DNA from: an uncultured Halobellus sp.
GTDB lineage: Archaea; Halobacteriota; Halobacteria; Halobacteriales; Haloferacaceae
Assembly: GCA_964504395.1 (NCBI GenBank)
Contig: CAZDEJ010000001.1
Span: 1 to 49,014, forward strand
DNA: 49,014 bases
Direction of reading: 5' to 3'
Shown here: positions 29,267-39,217 of the stretch, piece after piece
Layout: each line of letters starts with the position of its first letter
How positions within the stretch are numbered: position 1 is the stretch's first letter
The notes under the pieces: generated by a model
Told to the model about the DNA's origin: nothing
The model's database searches: none
What the model saw: the letters and a program-made list of their open reading frames with translations, nothing else
Made by a program: the position numbers and the translations under genes

Positions 29267-29557
29267 ATGGCCGCAGTCCGACGCCTCGTCGTCGACGTCC
29301 TGAAACCGCACGACCCGCCGATGCTGGAATTCACCGATCGGACCACCGAACTCGACAGCGTCGATGCGGTGACCGCCTCCCTCATCGAACGTGACCGGGA
29401 GGTACAGAACGTCAAACTCACGTTCGAGGGGGACGATCTGAACTTCGCCGCGATCGACGAGGCGATCCGAAACCTGGGCGGGTCGGTTCACTCCGTGGAT
29501 CAGGTCGCCTGTGGCGAGTACGTGGTCACCGACCGGCCGACCTTGCAGGACGCCTGA
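29267..29557 (+). CDS. DUF211 family protein
   Basis: VRRLVVDVLKPHDP...GGSVHSVDQV; TTTTTA box about 28 nt upstream. Confidence 0.9.
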   Translation: MAAVRRLVVDVLKPHDPPMLEFTDRTTELDSVDAVTASLIERDREVQNVKLTFEGDDLNFAAIDEAIRNLGGSVHSVDQVACGEYVVTDRPTLQDA

Positions 29558-29572
29558 CGGGTCGTGAGGTCG

Positions 29573-30145
29573 ATGCGTCAGCTCCTGCGACGGCTCGCCG
29601 GACGGGAGGACGTCCTCGCGATCTCGCGCCGCTACTTCATCTCAAACGGGTTCGACGGGACCCTCACCAGCATCGGGGTCGTCGTCGGGGCGGTCCTCTC
29701 GGGGGTGCCGGACGGGCTCGCCGTCATCAAGATCGGGGTGGGTGCGGCGGTCGGGCTCGGCACGTCGGCCGTCTGGAGCGTCTGGGAGATCGAGCGCGCC
29801 GAAACCCGTGCCGAGATCGGACGAATCGAGCGGGCGATGCTGATCGATCTCGACGACACCCGGATCCAACGGGAGCGGAGCGGCGACCGCCTCCTGCACG
29901 CGACGATGAGCGGTCTGGGTCCGCTCGTCGGGATCCTCACCCCGCTGCTACCGTTCGCCGTCGAGGGAAGCGTGTTCACGATGTGGGAGGCCGCGCTGGT
30001 CGCCGTGGGGTTAGGAATCGGCGTTCTGGCCACGTTCGGCGCGTACATGGGTTCGATCTCGGGGCAGCGGTGGTACGTCGCCGCGGCCCGAATGGGGCTC
30101 GCCGGGGTCGTCGTCGCCGCGATCAACCTCCTGCTTCCGGGCTGA
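29573..30145 (+). CDS. VIT1/CCC1-like membrane protein (DUF211-associated type)
   Basis: RRYFISNGFDGTLTSIG and EIERAE; usual partner of DUF211. Confidence 0.85.
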   Translation: MRQLLRRLAGREDVLAISRRYFISNGFDGTLTSIGVVVGAVLSGVPDGLAVIKIGVGAAVGLGTSAVWSVWEIERAETRAEIGRIERAMLIDLDDTRIQRERSGDRLLHATMSGLGPLVGILTPLLPFAVEGSVFTMWEAALVAVGLGIGVLATFGAYMGSISGQRWYVAAARMGLAGVVVAAINLLLPG

Positions 30146-30279
30146 ACGACGCCGAGTGTCGGCGTCGACACGCCGGCTCCGTTCGCCGCGTCCTCGGCGT
30201 GCGGCCCACGTCGCGGCCGCTGCGGTCCGCGCGTCCCGGGCGACGGGTTTTTTGTCGGCGCCGGTCGTCACCATATGGG

Positions 30280-30450
30280 ATGTCCGACGAAACCTGCGAC
30301 GCGCACACCTGGGCGTCCGTCGGCCTCGTCAGTACGGACGGCACCATCCGTCGGGTCTGGGAGTGTGAGCAGTGCGGGGCCTGGACCGCGGAGCCGTTCG
30401 ATCCCGACCTCGAACGCGCCTGGGACGACACCTGGCTCTCCGAGCGTTGA
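30280..30450 (+). CDS. 56-aa putative zinc-ribbon protein
   Basis: MSDETCDAHTW...WECEQCGAWT; T-rich box about 28 nt upstream; stop 1 nt before the next ATG. Confidence 0.7.
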   Translation: MSDETCDAHTWASVGLVSTDGTIRRVWECEQCGAWTAEPFDPDLERAWDDTWLSER

Positions 30451-30451
30451 G

Positions 30452-31441
30452 ATGGCGGCGTCGAGCCAGCTTCTCGCCCAGGTGGCCGTCGGGGCGGTAG
30501 CGTTGTACGCCCTCGTCACCGCGGCGAGTCGGGCGATCGAGCGGCTGCTGGCGCTCGCGGAGTACTACGACGTCGACGAAGTGCTGGTCGGGATGACGGT
30601 GCTCGCCGTCGGAACGAGCCTGCCGGAGGTGAGCGCCCACCTCATCGCGTCGCTGGGGATCGTCTCGGGCGTCCTCGACTACCGCGTCACCTCGGCCGTT
30701 GTCATCGGCGGAAACACGGGATCGTCGACGGTCCAGCAGTTTCTGCTCGTCGGCATCCTCCTCATCGGGTACGGGAGGCTGCAACTCACGCGGGGAGTCG
30801 TCCGTCAGAGCTACCTTCCGATGCTGGGCGCGTTCGTGGTGACGCTTGTGGTGGCTCGGGACGGCACGATCAGCCGGGTCGACGGCGGACTCCTGTTCGG
30901 CCTGTATCTGGCGTACGTCACGGTTCGGGTTCGACGACGGGAGCGACTCTCGACTCTCCGGGAGCGGCCGAGCGCGAACCCGAGTCGGGACGCCGCCGTC
31001 GCCGCGGGGCTGCTCGTCGTGGTCCTGCTCTCGGCGTCCGTCGTGCTGTCGGTCGTCGGGGTGGTCGTGACGCTGCTAGACCTCGGCGGATCGATGGTCG
31101 GAGTCGTGACCATCGGCGTCGCCGCTGCGCTGCCGGAGTTGACCGCGGTGATCGATTCCATCCGGCGTCGGGCGCCCAACGTCGCGCTCGGGACCCTGAT
31201 CGGGAGCAACATCGTCAATCCGCTCGTCGGCATCGGGCTCGGCGGCGCGATATCGACCTACTACGTGCCGCCGGCGGTGATCCGCTGGGACCTCCCGTTC
31301 AAGCTGCTCGTTGGGGCCTGGCTCCTCGGCTGGACCCTGTATCGGCGCGAAGGGACTCTCACCCGGCGGGAGGGTGCGTACCTGCTCGGGTTCTACTTCG
31401 TGTTCGTGGCGGGGCGGCTGCTGTTGTTTCCGGGGCAGTAG
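30452..31441 (+). CDS. Sodium:calcium antiporter (CaCA/YrbG family)
   Basis: GTSLPE, AALPE and GTLIGSNIVN alpha-repeats. Confidence 0.9.
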   Translation: MAASSQLLAQVAVGAVALYALVTAASRAIERLLALAEYYDVDEVLVGMTVLAVGTSLPEVSAHLIASLGIVSGVLDYRVTSAVVIGGNTGSSTVQQFLLVGILLIGYGRLQLTRGVVRQSYLPMLGAFVVTLVVARDGTISRVDGGLLFGLYLAYVTVRVRRRERLSTLRERPSANPSRDAAVAAGLLVVVLLSASVVLSVVGVVVTLLDLGGSMVGVVTIGVAAALPELTAVIDSIRRRAPNVALGTLIGSNIVNPLVGIGLGGAISTYYVPPAVIRWDLPFKLLVGAWLLGWTLYRREGTLTRREGAYLLGFYFVFVAGRLLLFPGQ

Positions 31442-31504
31442 CTCCCGCCGCGGTCCGGACTTCCGGCGTCCCGGTGGCGGGAGCGCGCCGCACTGTGCGT
31501 GGAG

Positions 31505-31521
31505 TTCCCGGTCGCCGAGAA
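31505..31521. promoter_or_regulatory. TTCYCR-N5-YGRGAA upstream element
   Basis: TTCCC-GGTCGCC-GAGAA, 11 nt to CTTATG, 42 nt to ATG 31563. Confidence 0.7.
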
Positions 31522-31562
31522 CGACGGCCGTGCTTATGTGACTCGGGAGACACGGACGGGAC

Positions 31563-31670
31563 ATGATGAAGCGCACGAAGCTCGCCGCGTTCGTGGCCGT
31601 CGTCGTACTCGTCGTGATCTCGCTCAGGAGGCGCGCTGCGCGTGACACCGACGGAGTCGTTCCCGAGTAG
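31563..31670 (+). CDS. 35-aa single-TM micro-protein, absent from the ORF track
   Basis: MMKRTKLAAFVAVVVLVVISLRRRAARDTDGVVPE*; CTTATG box at 31533 and palindrome at 31505-31521 upstream. Confidence 0.65.
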   Translation: MMKRTKLAAFVAVVVLVVISLRRRAARDTDGVVPE

Positions 31671-31681
31671 CGGCCTCCGGT

Positions 31682-33523
31682 ATGACCCCGGCCGTCCCGA
31701 CGGACGCCGTGGTGGTCTTCCTCCTCGTTCTCGCGGCCGTCGTGCTGTTCGCGACCGAGGTCGTCTCCCCGGACGTCACGGCGATCGTGGTGATCGTGGT
31801 GCTCGTCGTGCTCCAGCCCTGGACGGGAGTCGGGACCACAACCGCGTTCGTCGGGTTCTCGAACGTCGCGACGGTCACGGTCGCTGCGATGTACATCCTG
31901 AGCGAAGGGATCCACAGGACGGGGCTCGTCCGGCGGTTGGGCGGTGCGATCTCCCGGTTTGCGGCCGGGAGCGAGAACCGCCTCCGGTGGACGATGCTCT
32001 CGCTGAGCGGCGGCCTCGCTGGGGTGGTGAACAACACACCTGTCGTTGCAGTGTTCATCCCGATGGTGCTCGAGTTGGCCGACGAGTACCGCGTTTCCCC
32101 CTCGAAGCTGCTGCTTCCGCTCTCGTACACGGCGATGCTCGGCGGCACGCTCACCCTCGTCGGCACCTCGACCAACCTCCTCGCGAGCAGCCTATCCGAC
32201 CGGCTCGTCGGCCGTTCCTTCTCGATGTTCGAGTTCACACACCTCGGGGTGCTCGTGTTGGTCGTCGGGATCGCGTATCTCGGCACCGTCGGCCCGCGGC
32301 TCCTCCCCGAGCGGATCCGTCCCACGATCGACCTCCTCGGCGAGTTCAACCTGAAGGGACACATCACCCGACTGTACGTGCGCGACACGTCGCCGCTGGT
32401 CGGACGCCCGATCGGTGACGGCTTCGCGGCCGTCGCCGGCGTGTCCGACGTAGACGTCCTCGAGGTGGTTCGCTACGACGGCCGTCACCCCGTTCCGGAT
32501 CCGGAGTTCGAAGTCGAGAGCGGCGACGTCGTGACGATCAGAGGCGGCCGCGACGCGATCCGGACGGCCGCTTCGACGCTCGACCTCTGGTATCTCCCCT
32601 GGGTCCGCGTCGACGAGATCGATCCCGGGCTGTCCGCGGGCACCGGGACGCTCGTCGAGGTCCGCCTCCCCGAGACCTCGTCGCTGGTGGGCGAGCGGGT
32701 TGGCGACGTCGACTTTCGTCGGGCCTTCGGCGTGACGGTGCTCGGAGTCCGACGGGGGGAGACCACGGTCGTCTCGGAGTTCTCCGACGTCGCTCTCGGT
32801 GCGGGCGACACGCTGCTCCTCCGCGCCGCAGGTGCGCACGTGGATGCCATCCGCGAGGCCCCCGACCTCTCGGTCACGGCGGTCGCGACGGAGGGGTTCC
32901 TCGACCGTACTGCGGCGACGGAGACGTACCGGGAGGACAAGCAGTGGCTCGCGGTTGCCACCGTCGCGGGCGTCGTGGTCGCCGCAGCGCTCGGCGTCGT
33001 CTCGATCGGAATCGGCGCGCTCGCCGGCGTCGTCGCGCTGATCGTCGGGGGTGTGCTTGAACCCGACGAGGCCTACGACGCGGTCTCGTGGGACGTCATC
33101 TTCCTGCTCGCCGGCATGATTCCGCTCGGAATCGCGCTGGAACGGTCCGGGGGTGCGGCGGTGATCGCTGATCTGGTCGTGGCCGCCGCCGGGGCGGTGC
33201 CGCCCGTCGGCGTGATCGCACTCTTCTATCTCGTCACAGCCGTCGTCACCAACCTGGTCAGCAACAACGCGACAGTCGTGCTCCTGCTTCCGGTGGCGGT
33301 GGACGTCGCCACGCAGTTGGGGGCGACCGTATTCTCGTTCGTCCTCGCGGTCACGTTCGCCGCGAGCACCTCGTTTCTCAGCCCGGTTGGGTACCAGACG
33401 AACCTCATGGTGTACCGCCCCGGCGGCTACAGAGTCGTCGACTACCTGCGGCTCGGCGCGCCGCTCCAACTCCTCCTCGCCGTGACCGTCACGCTCGGGA
33501 TATGGGCATTCTGGGGCGTCTAA
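31682..33523 (+). CDS. SLC13 family permease with TrkA-C (RCK_C) domains
   Basis: NNTPVV, TLVGTSTNL, SNNAT and PVGYQTNLMV motifs; soluble central region. Confidence 0.92.
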   Translation: MTPAVPTDAVVVFLLVLAAVVLFATEVVSPDVTAIVVIVVLVVLQPWTGVGTTTAFVGFSNVATVTVAAMYILSEGIHRTGLVRRLGGAISRFAAGSENRLRWTMLSLSGGLAGVVNNTPVVAVFIPMVLELADEYRVSPSKLLLPLSYTAMLGGTLTLVGTSTNLLASSLSDRLVGRSFSMFEFTHLGVLVLVVGIAYLGTVGPRLLPERIRPTIDLLGEFNLKGHITRLYVRDTSPLVGRPIGDGFAAVAGVSDVDVLEVVRYDGRHPVPDPEFEVESGDVVTIRGGRDAIRTAASTLDLWYLPWVRVDEIDPGLSAGTGTLVEVRLPETSSLVGERVGDVDFRRAFGVTVLGVRRGETTVVSEFSDVALGAGDTLLLRAAGAHVDAIREAPDLSVTAVATEGFLDRTAATETYREDKQWLAVATVAGVVVAAALGVVSIGIGALAGVVALIVGGVLEPDEAYDAVSWDVIFLLAGMIPLGIALERSGGAAVIADLVVAAAGAVPPVGVIALFYLVTAVVTNLVSNNATVVLLLPVAVDVATQLGATVFSFVLAVTFAASTSFLSPVGYQTNLMVYRPGGYRVVDYLRLGAPLQLLLAVTVTLGIWAFWGV

Positions 33524-33558
33524 CCCCGCCCGAGGGGGTCAGAAGCTCGTCGCGGAAC

Positions 33559-33575
33559 TTTTCAGACGGTGGGAA
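33559..33575. promoter_or_regulatory. TTCYCR-N5-YGRGAA upstream element
   Basis: TTTTC-AGACGGT-GGGAA, 11 nt to ATTGATG, 44 nt to ATG 33619. Confidence 0.65.
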
Positions 33576-33618
33576 GCGGGCGCGCGATTGATGCCCGCTG
33601 GGTGCGAGCGTGGTCCGT

Positions 33619-35049
33619 ATGAACTTCGACGAGTTCACCGGGGAGGTCCAGCACCGACTCGAACTGCCGGGTACCGGCGAGACGGTACGAGCGATCCGGG
33701 CCACGCTGACGAGCCTGGGCCAGCGGATCCCGGCGGGGAACGCGAAAGACATCGCCGCTTCGCTGCCGATGGAGATCGAGTGGTATCTGACCGGGGCCGT
33801 CGAGACCCACGGCCAGCGGTTCGACTGGCGGGAGTTCGTCGCCCGCGTCAGCGACATCGAGGGCGTCGACCCGTCGGAAGCCACGTACCACGCACAGGTG
33901 ATCCTCGACCTCGTTGGGAGCCTCGTGCCCCCGTCGGACCTCCGGCAACTACGCGACCAGCTTCCGGCGGGTGAGGACGACGGGGAGTGGGACACGCTGT
34001 TCGCGGTGATCGATGCGGGCGGCTGGACCGACCCGCGGGAGGCCCAGACCGGCGGCGGGTCGCGGTCGACCGGGACGCCAGCCGACCGGCCCGACCGGCC
34101 GGATCGATCCGAGCGCTCGGGGACGGCGTCCGGAGCCCCACGGTCGCCGGGGGCGTACGACCGGATCCTGTTCCCCACGGACGGGAGCGCCCCGGCGGAG
34201 TCGGGTGCGGAGTACGCGCTGCGGGTCGCATCGGCACACGGGGCCACGCTCCACGTTCTCCACGTGGTGGACACCGGCCGGGACGACGCCGCGACCGCCC
34301 GGGGCGAACGCGTCGAGGCACTGACCGAGGACGGCTGGGAGATCGTCGACGAGGTGGCCCAGCGCGCGAAAGCGGAGAACGTCTCCGTCGTCTCCGAGGT
34401 ACTCCAAGGCGACCCACACGGTACGGTCGTCGGCTACGGAACCCGGTCGGACGTCGACTGTATCGTCATGCCGACGTACGGACGGCGCGGGGTGCAGCGG
34501 TTCCTCGTCGGGAGCGTCACCGAACGAGTCATCAACACCGCGTCGGTGCCTGTCGTCACGGTGAACCCCGACCCCGACAGGGACCGTCCCGACGTCTACC
34601 CGCCGGAGCGCGTGCTCGTCCCGACGGACGGCAGCCGCGGCGCGGAACTCGCTCTGCAGCACGGGATCGGCGTCGCGAAGGCGACCGGAGCGGAGTTGCA
34701 CCTGCTCCACGTCGTCGAGACGGGCGCTCTCGACGGCGAGTGGGTCGCACGCCACGAAAGCAAGCTGAGCGAACGGGGAAACGCGATACTGGCCGCGGCG
34801 ACCGGGACGGCGCAGGAGGCGTCGGTCGGGACGGTCACCGGGACCGTGGAACGCGGGGATCCCTCGAGGGTGATCCGGGAGTACGTGGACGGGAACGGCA
34901 TCGATCTCGCCGTTCTCGGGACCCACGGCCGGACGGATTTCAACAGGTACGTCATGGGAGGCGTCAGCGCGAAGCTCGTCCGAACGTCGCCGATCCCGGT
35001 GATGTGGGTTCGGGAGGCCGGGTCGGACAGGAACCCCGGTCGTGAGTGA
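33619..35049 (+). CDS. DUF2267 domain fused to two USP domains
   Basis: MNFDEFTGEVQHRLEL...QLP domain, a low-complexity linker, then YDRILFPTDGS and VLVPTDGS USP domains, all in one open frame. Confidence 0.85.
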   Translation: MNFDEFTGEVQHRLELPGTGETVRAIRATLTSLGQRIPAGNAKDIAASLPMEIEWYLTGAVETHGQRFDWREFVARVSDIEGVDPSEATYHAQVILDLVGSLVPPSDLRQLRDQLPAGEDDGEWDTLFAVIDAGGWTDPREAQTGGGSRSTGTPADRPDRPDRSERSGTASGAPRSPGAYDRILFPTDGSAPAESGAEYALRVASAHGATLHVLHVVDTGRDDAATARGERVEALTEDGWEIVDEVAQRAKAENVSVVSEVLQGDPHGTVVGYGTRSDVDCIVMPTYGRRGVQRFLVGSVTERVINTASVPVVTVNPDPDRDRPDVYPPERVLVPTDGSRGAELALQHGIGVAKATGAELHLLHVVETGALDGEWVARHESKLSERGNAILAAATGTAQEASVGTVTGTVERGDPSRVIREYVDGNGIDLAVLGTHGRTDFNRYVMGGVSAKLVRTSPIPVMWVREAGSDRNPGRE

Positions 35050-35540
35050 ACGCGCGACGACTACCGCGGCGGGGGAGAGCCGACACCCGCGGCACGGGAG
35101 CGGGTGCCCCTCCGGGGACGAGTGACAGCGTGTACGCCGACGTGCTACTCCCCACTGACGGAAGCCAGGGCGCGCTGGCGGCCGCCGGCCACGGGCTCGA
35201 CATCGCGCGGCGCTACGGGGCGACGGTCCACGTCCTGTACGTGGTCGACACGCGGGTGTCACGCTCGGGGCCGCTCGTCGACGCGCTCCGTGACGAAGGG
35301 CGAGCGGCCGTGCGCCGGATCGAGGTGGCAGCCGCCACGGCGGGTCTCACGGTCGTCACGTCGATCGCGCAAGGGGTTCCCGCCCGGGAGATACTCGCTT
35401 ACAGCGCGGCACACGGGATCGACCTGGTCGTGATGGGGACGCGGGGGCGGACGGGAGCTGATCGAGCCGTGTTGGGAAGCGTCGCGGAGCGGGTCGTCCG
35501 CCGCTCCGACGTCCCGGTGCTCACAGTCCGGAGCGGTTGA
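35046..35540 (+). CDS. Universal stress protein, single domain (start may be GTG 35130)
   Basis: YADVLLPTDGS and GTRGRTG...GSVAERV. Confidence 0.9.
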   Translation: MNARRLPRRGRADTRGTGAGAPPGTSDSVYADVLLPTDGSQGALAAAGHGLDIARRYGATVHVLYVVDTRVSRSGPLVDALRDEGRAAVRRIEVAAATAGLTVVTSIAQGVPAREILAYSAAHGIDLVVMGTRGRTGADRAVLGSVAERVVRRSDVPVLTVRSG

Positions 35541-35810
35541 GGCTCGCTGCCCGCCGCAACCGACGGCACCGCCGGCAGAGGCGTTTCGGCCGCCGCCAGT
35601 ACGTCTAAGCGGTGGCGGGACGAACGACAGGTATGCGCTTCGAAGCCCCTGCCGAGCGGACCGAGAGCGGAGTGCGCCCGCGACCGTCGGATCGACGCCG
35701 GACTCGACGCGGACGGCGGCTCCCCGCCCCGGGCGAAGGGGTCGTCCCCGGAGCTGGGTCGCGTGACGGCGTTGCCTGCGGGACGGGTCACCCGGCGGAG
35801 GTGTGGAACC

Positions 35811-37934
35811 GTGTCCGGACTCGGTGACCTGTTCACGCCGGATCGCGTCGCGGTCATCGGCGCGACCGACCGCGACGGATCCGTTGGGCGGGCGTTGCTG
35901 ACCAACCTCGCGACGTTCGACGGGGAGGTCCTCGCGGTCAACCCGAACCGCGAGGCGGTTCTGGGACGGCGGTGTCACCCGCGGATCGGGGCCGTTCCGG
36001 ACCCGTCGTCGGTCGATCTGGCCGTCGTCGCCGTGCCGGCTTCGACCGCCGTCGACGTCGTTCGGCAGGTCGGGGAGGCGGGGATCCGGAACGTCGTCGT
36101 GATCACCGCGGGGTTCGGCGAGGCCGGGGAGCGGGGGCGGCGGCGGGAGCGTGAACTCGTTGCCGTCGCCGAGGCGTACGATCTCACGCTCGTCGGGCCG
36201 AACTGCGTGGGTCTCGTCAGCACGCCGAACGGGCTGAACGCGACGTTCGTGCGGGGACGGCCCCCAGCGGGGAACGTCTCGCTGCTGAGCCAATCCGGGG
36301 CGTTCGTCGCCGCGACCCTGGGCTGGGCCGCCCGGCACGGTGTGGGGTTCCGGCACGTCGTCTCGCTCGGGAACGAGGCGACGCTCGACGAGACCGACTT
36401 CCTCGCCGAGTGGGGATCTGATCCGGGGACCGACGTGATCGTGGCGTACCTCGAAGACGTCGACGACGGCCGGGCGTTCATCGCGGCCGCCCGCGAGGTG
36501 ACGGCGCACACGCCGGTCGTGGCGCTCAAATCCGGGCGGACGGCGGCGGGTGCCGAGGCCGTAGCCTCCCACACCGGGTCGATCGCCGGCAGCGATCGCG
36601 CCAACCGGGCGGGGTTCGATCAGGCGGGGGTGCTCCGTGCCGACACCGTCCAGGAGGCGTTCGACGTCAGCCGGGCGCTCGCCGGCCACCCCCTGCCGGC
36701 CGACGACGGCGTGGCGGTTGTCACGAACGGCGGCGGATTGGGCGTGCTGGCCACCGACGCGATCGGCGAGTCGCGCCTGTCGGTCGCGGAGTTCGGCGCT
36801 GACACCCGCGCCGACCTCGCGGAACTGCTGCCGGACGAGACAACGGTTGCGAACCCGCTCGACGTCGTCGGCGACGCGGACGTCACGCGGTTCCGACGGA
36901 CACTCGACGTCGTGCTCGGTGCGGGGACGGTCGGAGGCGTCGTCGTGCTCGCCGTGCCGACCGCCCCGCTGGATCTCGACGCCCTCGCCGGCGACATCGT
37001 CGACCGCAAGCGGCGACACGGGAAGCCGATCGTGACGTGTCTGATGGGTGGGGCCGACGCCGACCGCGCCGTCGAAACGCTGGCCGAGCACGGCCTCCCG
37101 AACCACTTCGATCCGGCGCGAGCGGTTGCCAGCCTCGCGGCACTCGCGGACTATCGGGACGTGAGAGGTCGCACGCGCGGGTCCGTCGCGACGTTCGATG
37201 TCGACCGCGACCGGGCGGGTGCCGTGCTGAAAACGGCCGTCGACCGCGGAGTCGACCGTCTCGGCGTCGAGGCGATGGACCTGCTCGACGCGTACGGGAT
37301 CCCGACGCCGCCGGGCGGCCTCGCGACCAGCGCCGCCGACGCCGGCGCGATCGCCGAGCGGATCGGCGGTCCGGTGGCGTTGAAGATCGTCAGCCCGGAC
37401 GTCGTCCACAAATCCGACGTCGGCGGGGTCGAGGTGGGCGTGTCAGTCCGGAACGTGCGCGACGCCTACCGGACGATCCGCGAGCGGGTCGGCGCCGCGG
37501 TCGACGACCCGACGATCCTCGGCGTTCGCGTCGAACGGGCCGTCGATCCGGCTGCGGGGACCGAGACGATCGTCGGCGGAACGCACGACGCGCAGTTCGG
37601 CCACCTCGTGATGTTCGGACTCGGCGGGGTGTTCGTGCAGGTGTTCGACGACACGTCGGTCCGTGTGGCCCCGGTGACCGAGCGCGAAGCGCGCGAGATG
37701 ACCGCGGAGATCCGCGCGGCGCCGATGTTGCGGGGTGCACGCGGTCGGCCGTCGGCCGATCTCGACGCCGTGGTCGAGGCGATCCAGCGCGTCTCACAGC
37801 TGGTCACCGACTTCCCCGCGATCACCGAACTCGACGTCAACCCCCTGGTTGCGGGTCCCGACGGGGTGTGCGCGGTCGATCTCCGGCTGACGGTCGACCG
37901 GCAACGGCTGTCAGCGACGTGCGGGTCGCTGTGA
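35811..37934 (+). CDS. Acetate--CoA ligase (ADP-forming), fused alpha/beta
   Basis: VAVIGA, GPNCVG, SQSGA, SHTGS phospho-His, NPLD, HKSDVGGV and ELDVNP motifs; GGAGGTG SD before GTG 35811. Confidence 0.93.
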   Translation: MSGLGDLFTPDRVAVIGATDRDGSVGRALLTNLATFDGEVLAVNPNREAVLGRRCHPRIGAVPDPSSVDLAVVAVPASTAVDVVRQVGEAGIRNVVVITAGFGEAGERGRRRERELVAVAEAYDLTLVGPNCVGLVSTPNGLNATFVRGRPPAGNVSLLSQSGAFVAATLGWAARHGVGFRHVVSLGNEATLDETDFLAEWGSDPGTDVIVAYLEDVDDGRAFIAAAREVTAHTPVVALKSGRTAAGAEAVASHTGSIAGSDRANRAGFDQAGVLRADTVQEAFDVSRALAGHPLPADDGVAVVTNGGGLGVLATDAIGESRLSVAEFGADTRADLAELLPDETTVANPLDVVGDADVTRFRRTLDVVLGAGTVGGVVVLAVPTAPLDLDALAGDIVDRKRRHGKPIVTCLMGGADADRAVETLAEHGLPNHFDPARAVASLAALADYRDVRGRTRGSVATFDVDRDRAGAVLKTAVDRGVDRLGVEAMDLLDAYGIPTPPGGLATSAADAGAIAERIGGPVALKIVSPDVVHKSDVGGVEVGVSVRNVRDAYRTIRERVGAAVDDPTILGVRVERAVDPAAGTETIVGGTHDAQFGHLVMFGLGGVFVQVFDDTSVRVAPVTEREAREMTAEIRAAPMLRGARGRPSADLDAVVEAIQRVSQLVTDFPAITELDVNPLVAGPDGVCAVDLRLTVDRQRLSATCGSL

Positions 37935-37945
37935 CCGCCGCGCGC

Positions 37946-39217
37946 TCACACCAGCGTGCCGAGGAAGACAGCGAGGAGCCCGATCGAGGTGAGCGCTCCA
38001 AGCAAGGCAGTGATCGAGACCCGCCCGACGGTGAGCGGGGCGGTGAAGCCGTCCCGGACATCCGGGGCGTCGAACCGGAGTTTCAACAGCGCCCCGTTCA
38101 CCAGAACGAACACGACGAGTAGCGCCGCGTTCGCCAACCCGGCCACGGCCCCGAGGTCGCCGATCAGGACGAACGGGAGCGTGAGCCCGCCGACCAGCGC
38201 GACCGCCAGGTACGGGGTCCGGCGGGTGCGGTGGATCCGCGAGAACGCCGTCGGAAACGATCGGTACTCCGACTTGGAGACGCCGTAGAGCAGCCGCGAC
38301 GTCGACACCAGCAGGATGAGCACCGTGTTCGCGGTCGACGTCAGCGCGATGGCTGCGACGATCGTGCCGAGCATCGGTCCGCCGCCAGCCTCCGCGACCA
38401 GCGCGAGCGGCGACGCCGACGCGCCGAGTTCCTGCCAGTCCACGACGGCCACCGCGGAGACGGCGACGAGCACGTAGAGGACCGTCGTGGTCCCGATCGC
38501 GATGACGATGGCCCGCGGAACGGTCCGGGTCGGGTCCGTCGTCTCCTCGGCGACGTTGACGATCGAACCGAACCCCAGATACGCGAAGAAGACCAGGAAG
38601 GTGGCTTCGAGCACCCCGGCGACGCCGAACGGCGCCGCGAGCGGCGTGACGGTCGCCCACGACCCGGTACCGACCCGGATGACGAGCACTAGCCCGGCCA
38701 CCTCGGCCACGGTAAACAGGAGGTTGAGCCGGGCCGACGCCCCGATCCCCCAGAAGTTGACGGCCGAGGCGGCGACGACCAAGCCGACGGCCGCGACGAC
38801 GACCGGCGTCCGGAGGAACGACGCGAGATACCCCGCGAACGCCAGCGCCACGGCCGCCGCCGACACCGCGCCGACGAACACCCGCAGGAGCGCGACGAAC
38901 TCCGCGAGGCGTTTGCTCCGGATCGCCTCCCGGACGTAGACGTAATCGCCCTCACCTTTTGGAAACCGCGAGGCGAGCTCGGCGTAACTCAGCCCGGTGA
39001 ACGAGGCGACCGCCGCGGCGACCAGAAACGAGACCGGGACCGCCTCGCCGGCCACGGCGGTCGCCTCGCCCAGGATGGCGTAGATCCCCGCTCCGAGGAT
39101 GAGCCCCACCCCGTAGACGACCACCTCAACGAGTCCGAGGTCGCGGCGCAGCGTCGGAGTCGCCGACTCGCTCGCTCCCGGCCCTTCCGGCCGTCCCGGC
39201 CCTCCTGGGCCGCTCAT
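37946..39217 (-). CDS. APC family amino acid permease
   Basis: GLILGAGIY, SYAELASRFP, FFAYLGF and AEET motifs; GGAGG upstream. Confidence 0.92.
   Translation of the reverse strand: MSGPGGPGRPEGPGASESATPTLRRDLGLVEVVVYGVGLILGAGIYAILGEATAVAGEAVPVSFLVAAAVASFTGLSYAELASRFPKGEGDYVYVREAIRSKRLAEFVALLRVFVGAVSAAAVALAFAGYLASFLRTPVVVAAVGLVVAASAVNFWGIGASARLNLLFTVAEVAGLVLVIRVGTGSWATVTPLAAPFGVAGVLEATFLVFFAYLGFGSIVNVAEETTDPTRTVPRAIVIAIGTTTVLYVLVAVSAVAVVDWQELGASASPLALVAEAGGGPMLGTIVAAIALTSTANTVLILLVSTSRLLYGVSKSEYRSFPTAFSRIHRTRRTPYLAVALVGGLTLPFVLIGDLGAVAGLANAALLVVFVLVNGALLKLRFDAPDVRDGFTAPLTVGRVSITALLGALTSIGLLAVFLGTLV

Noticed and set aside
35259..37409. 716-aa minus-strand ORF
   Set aside because: Antisense to acetate-CoA ligase; no recognisable domain.
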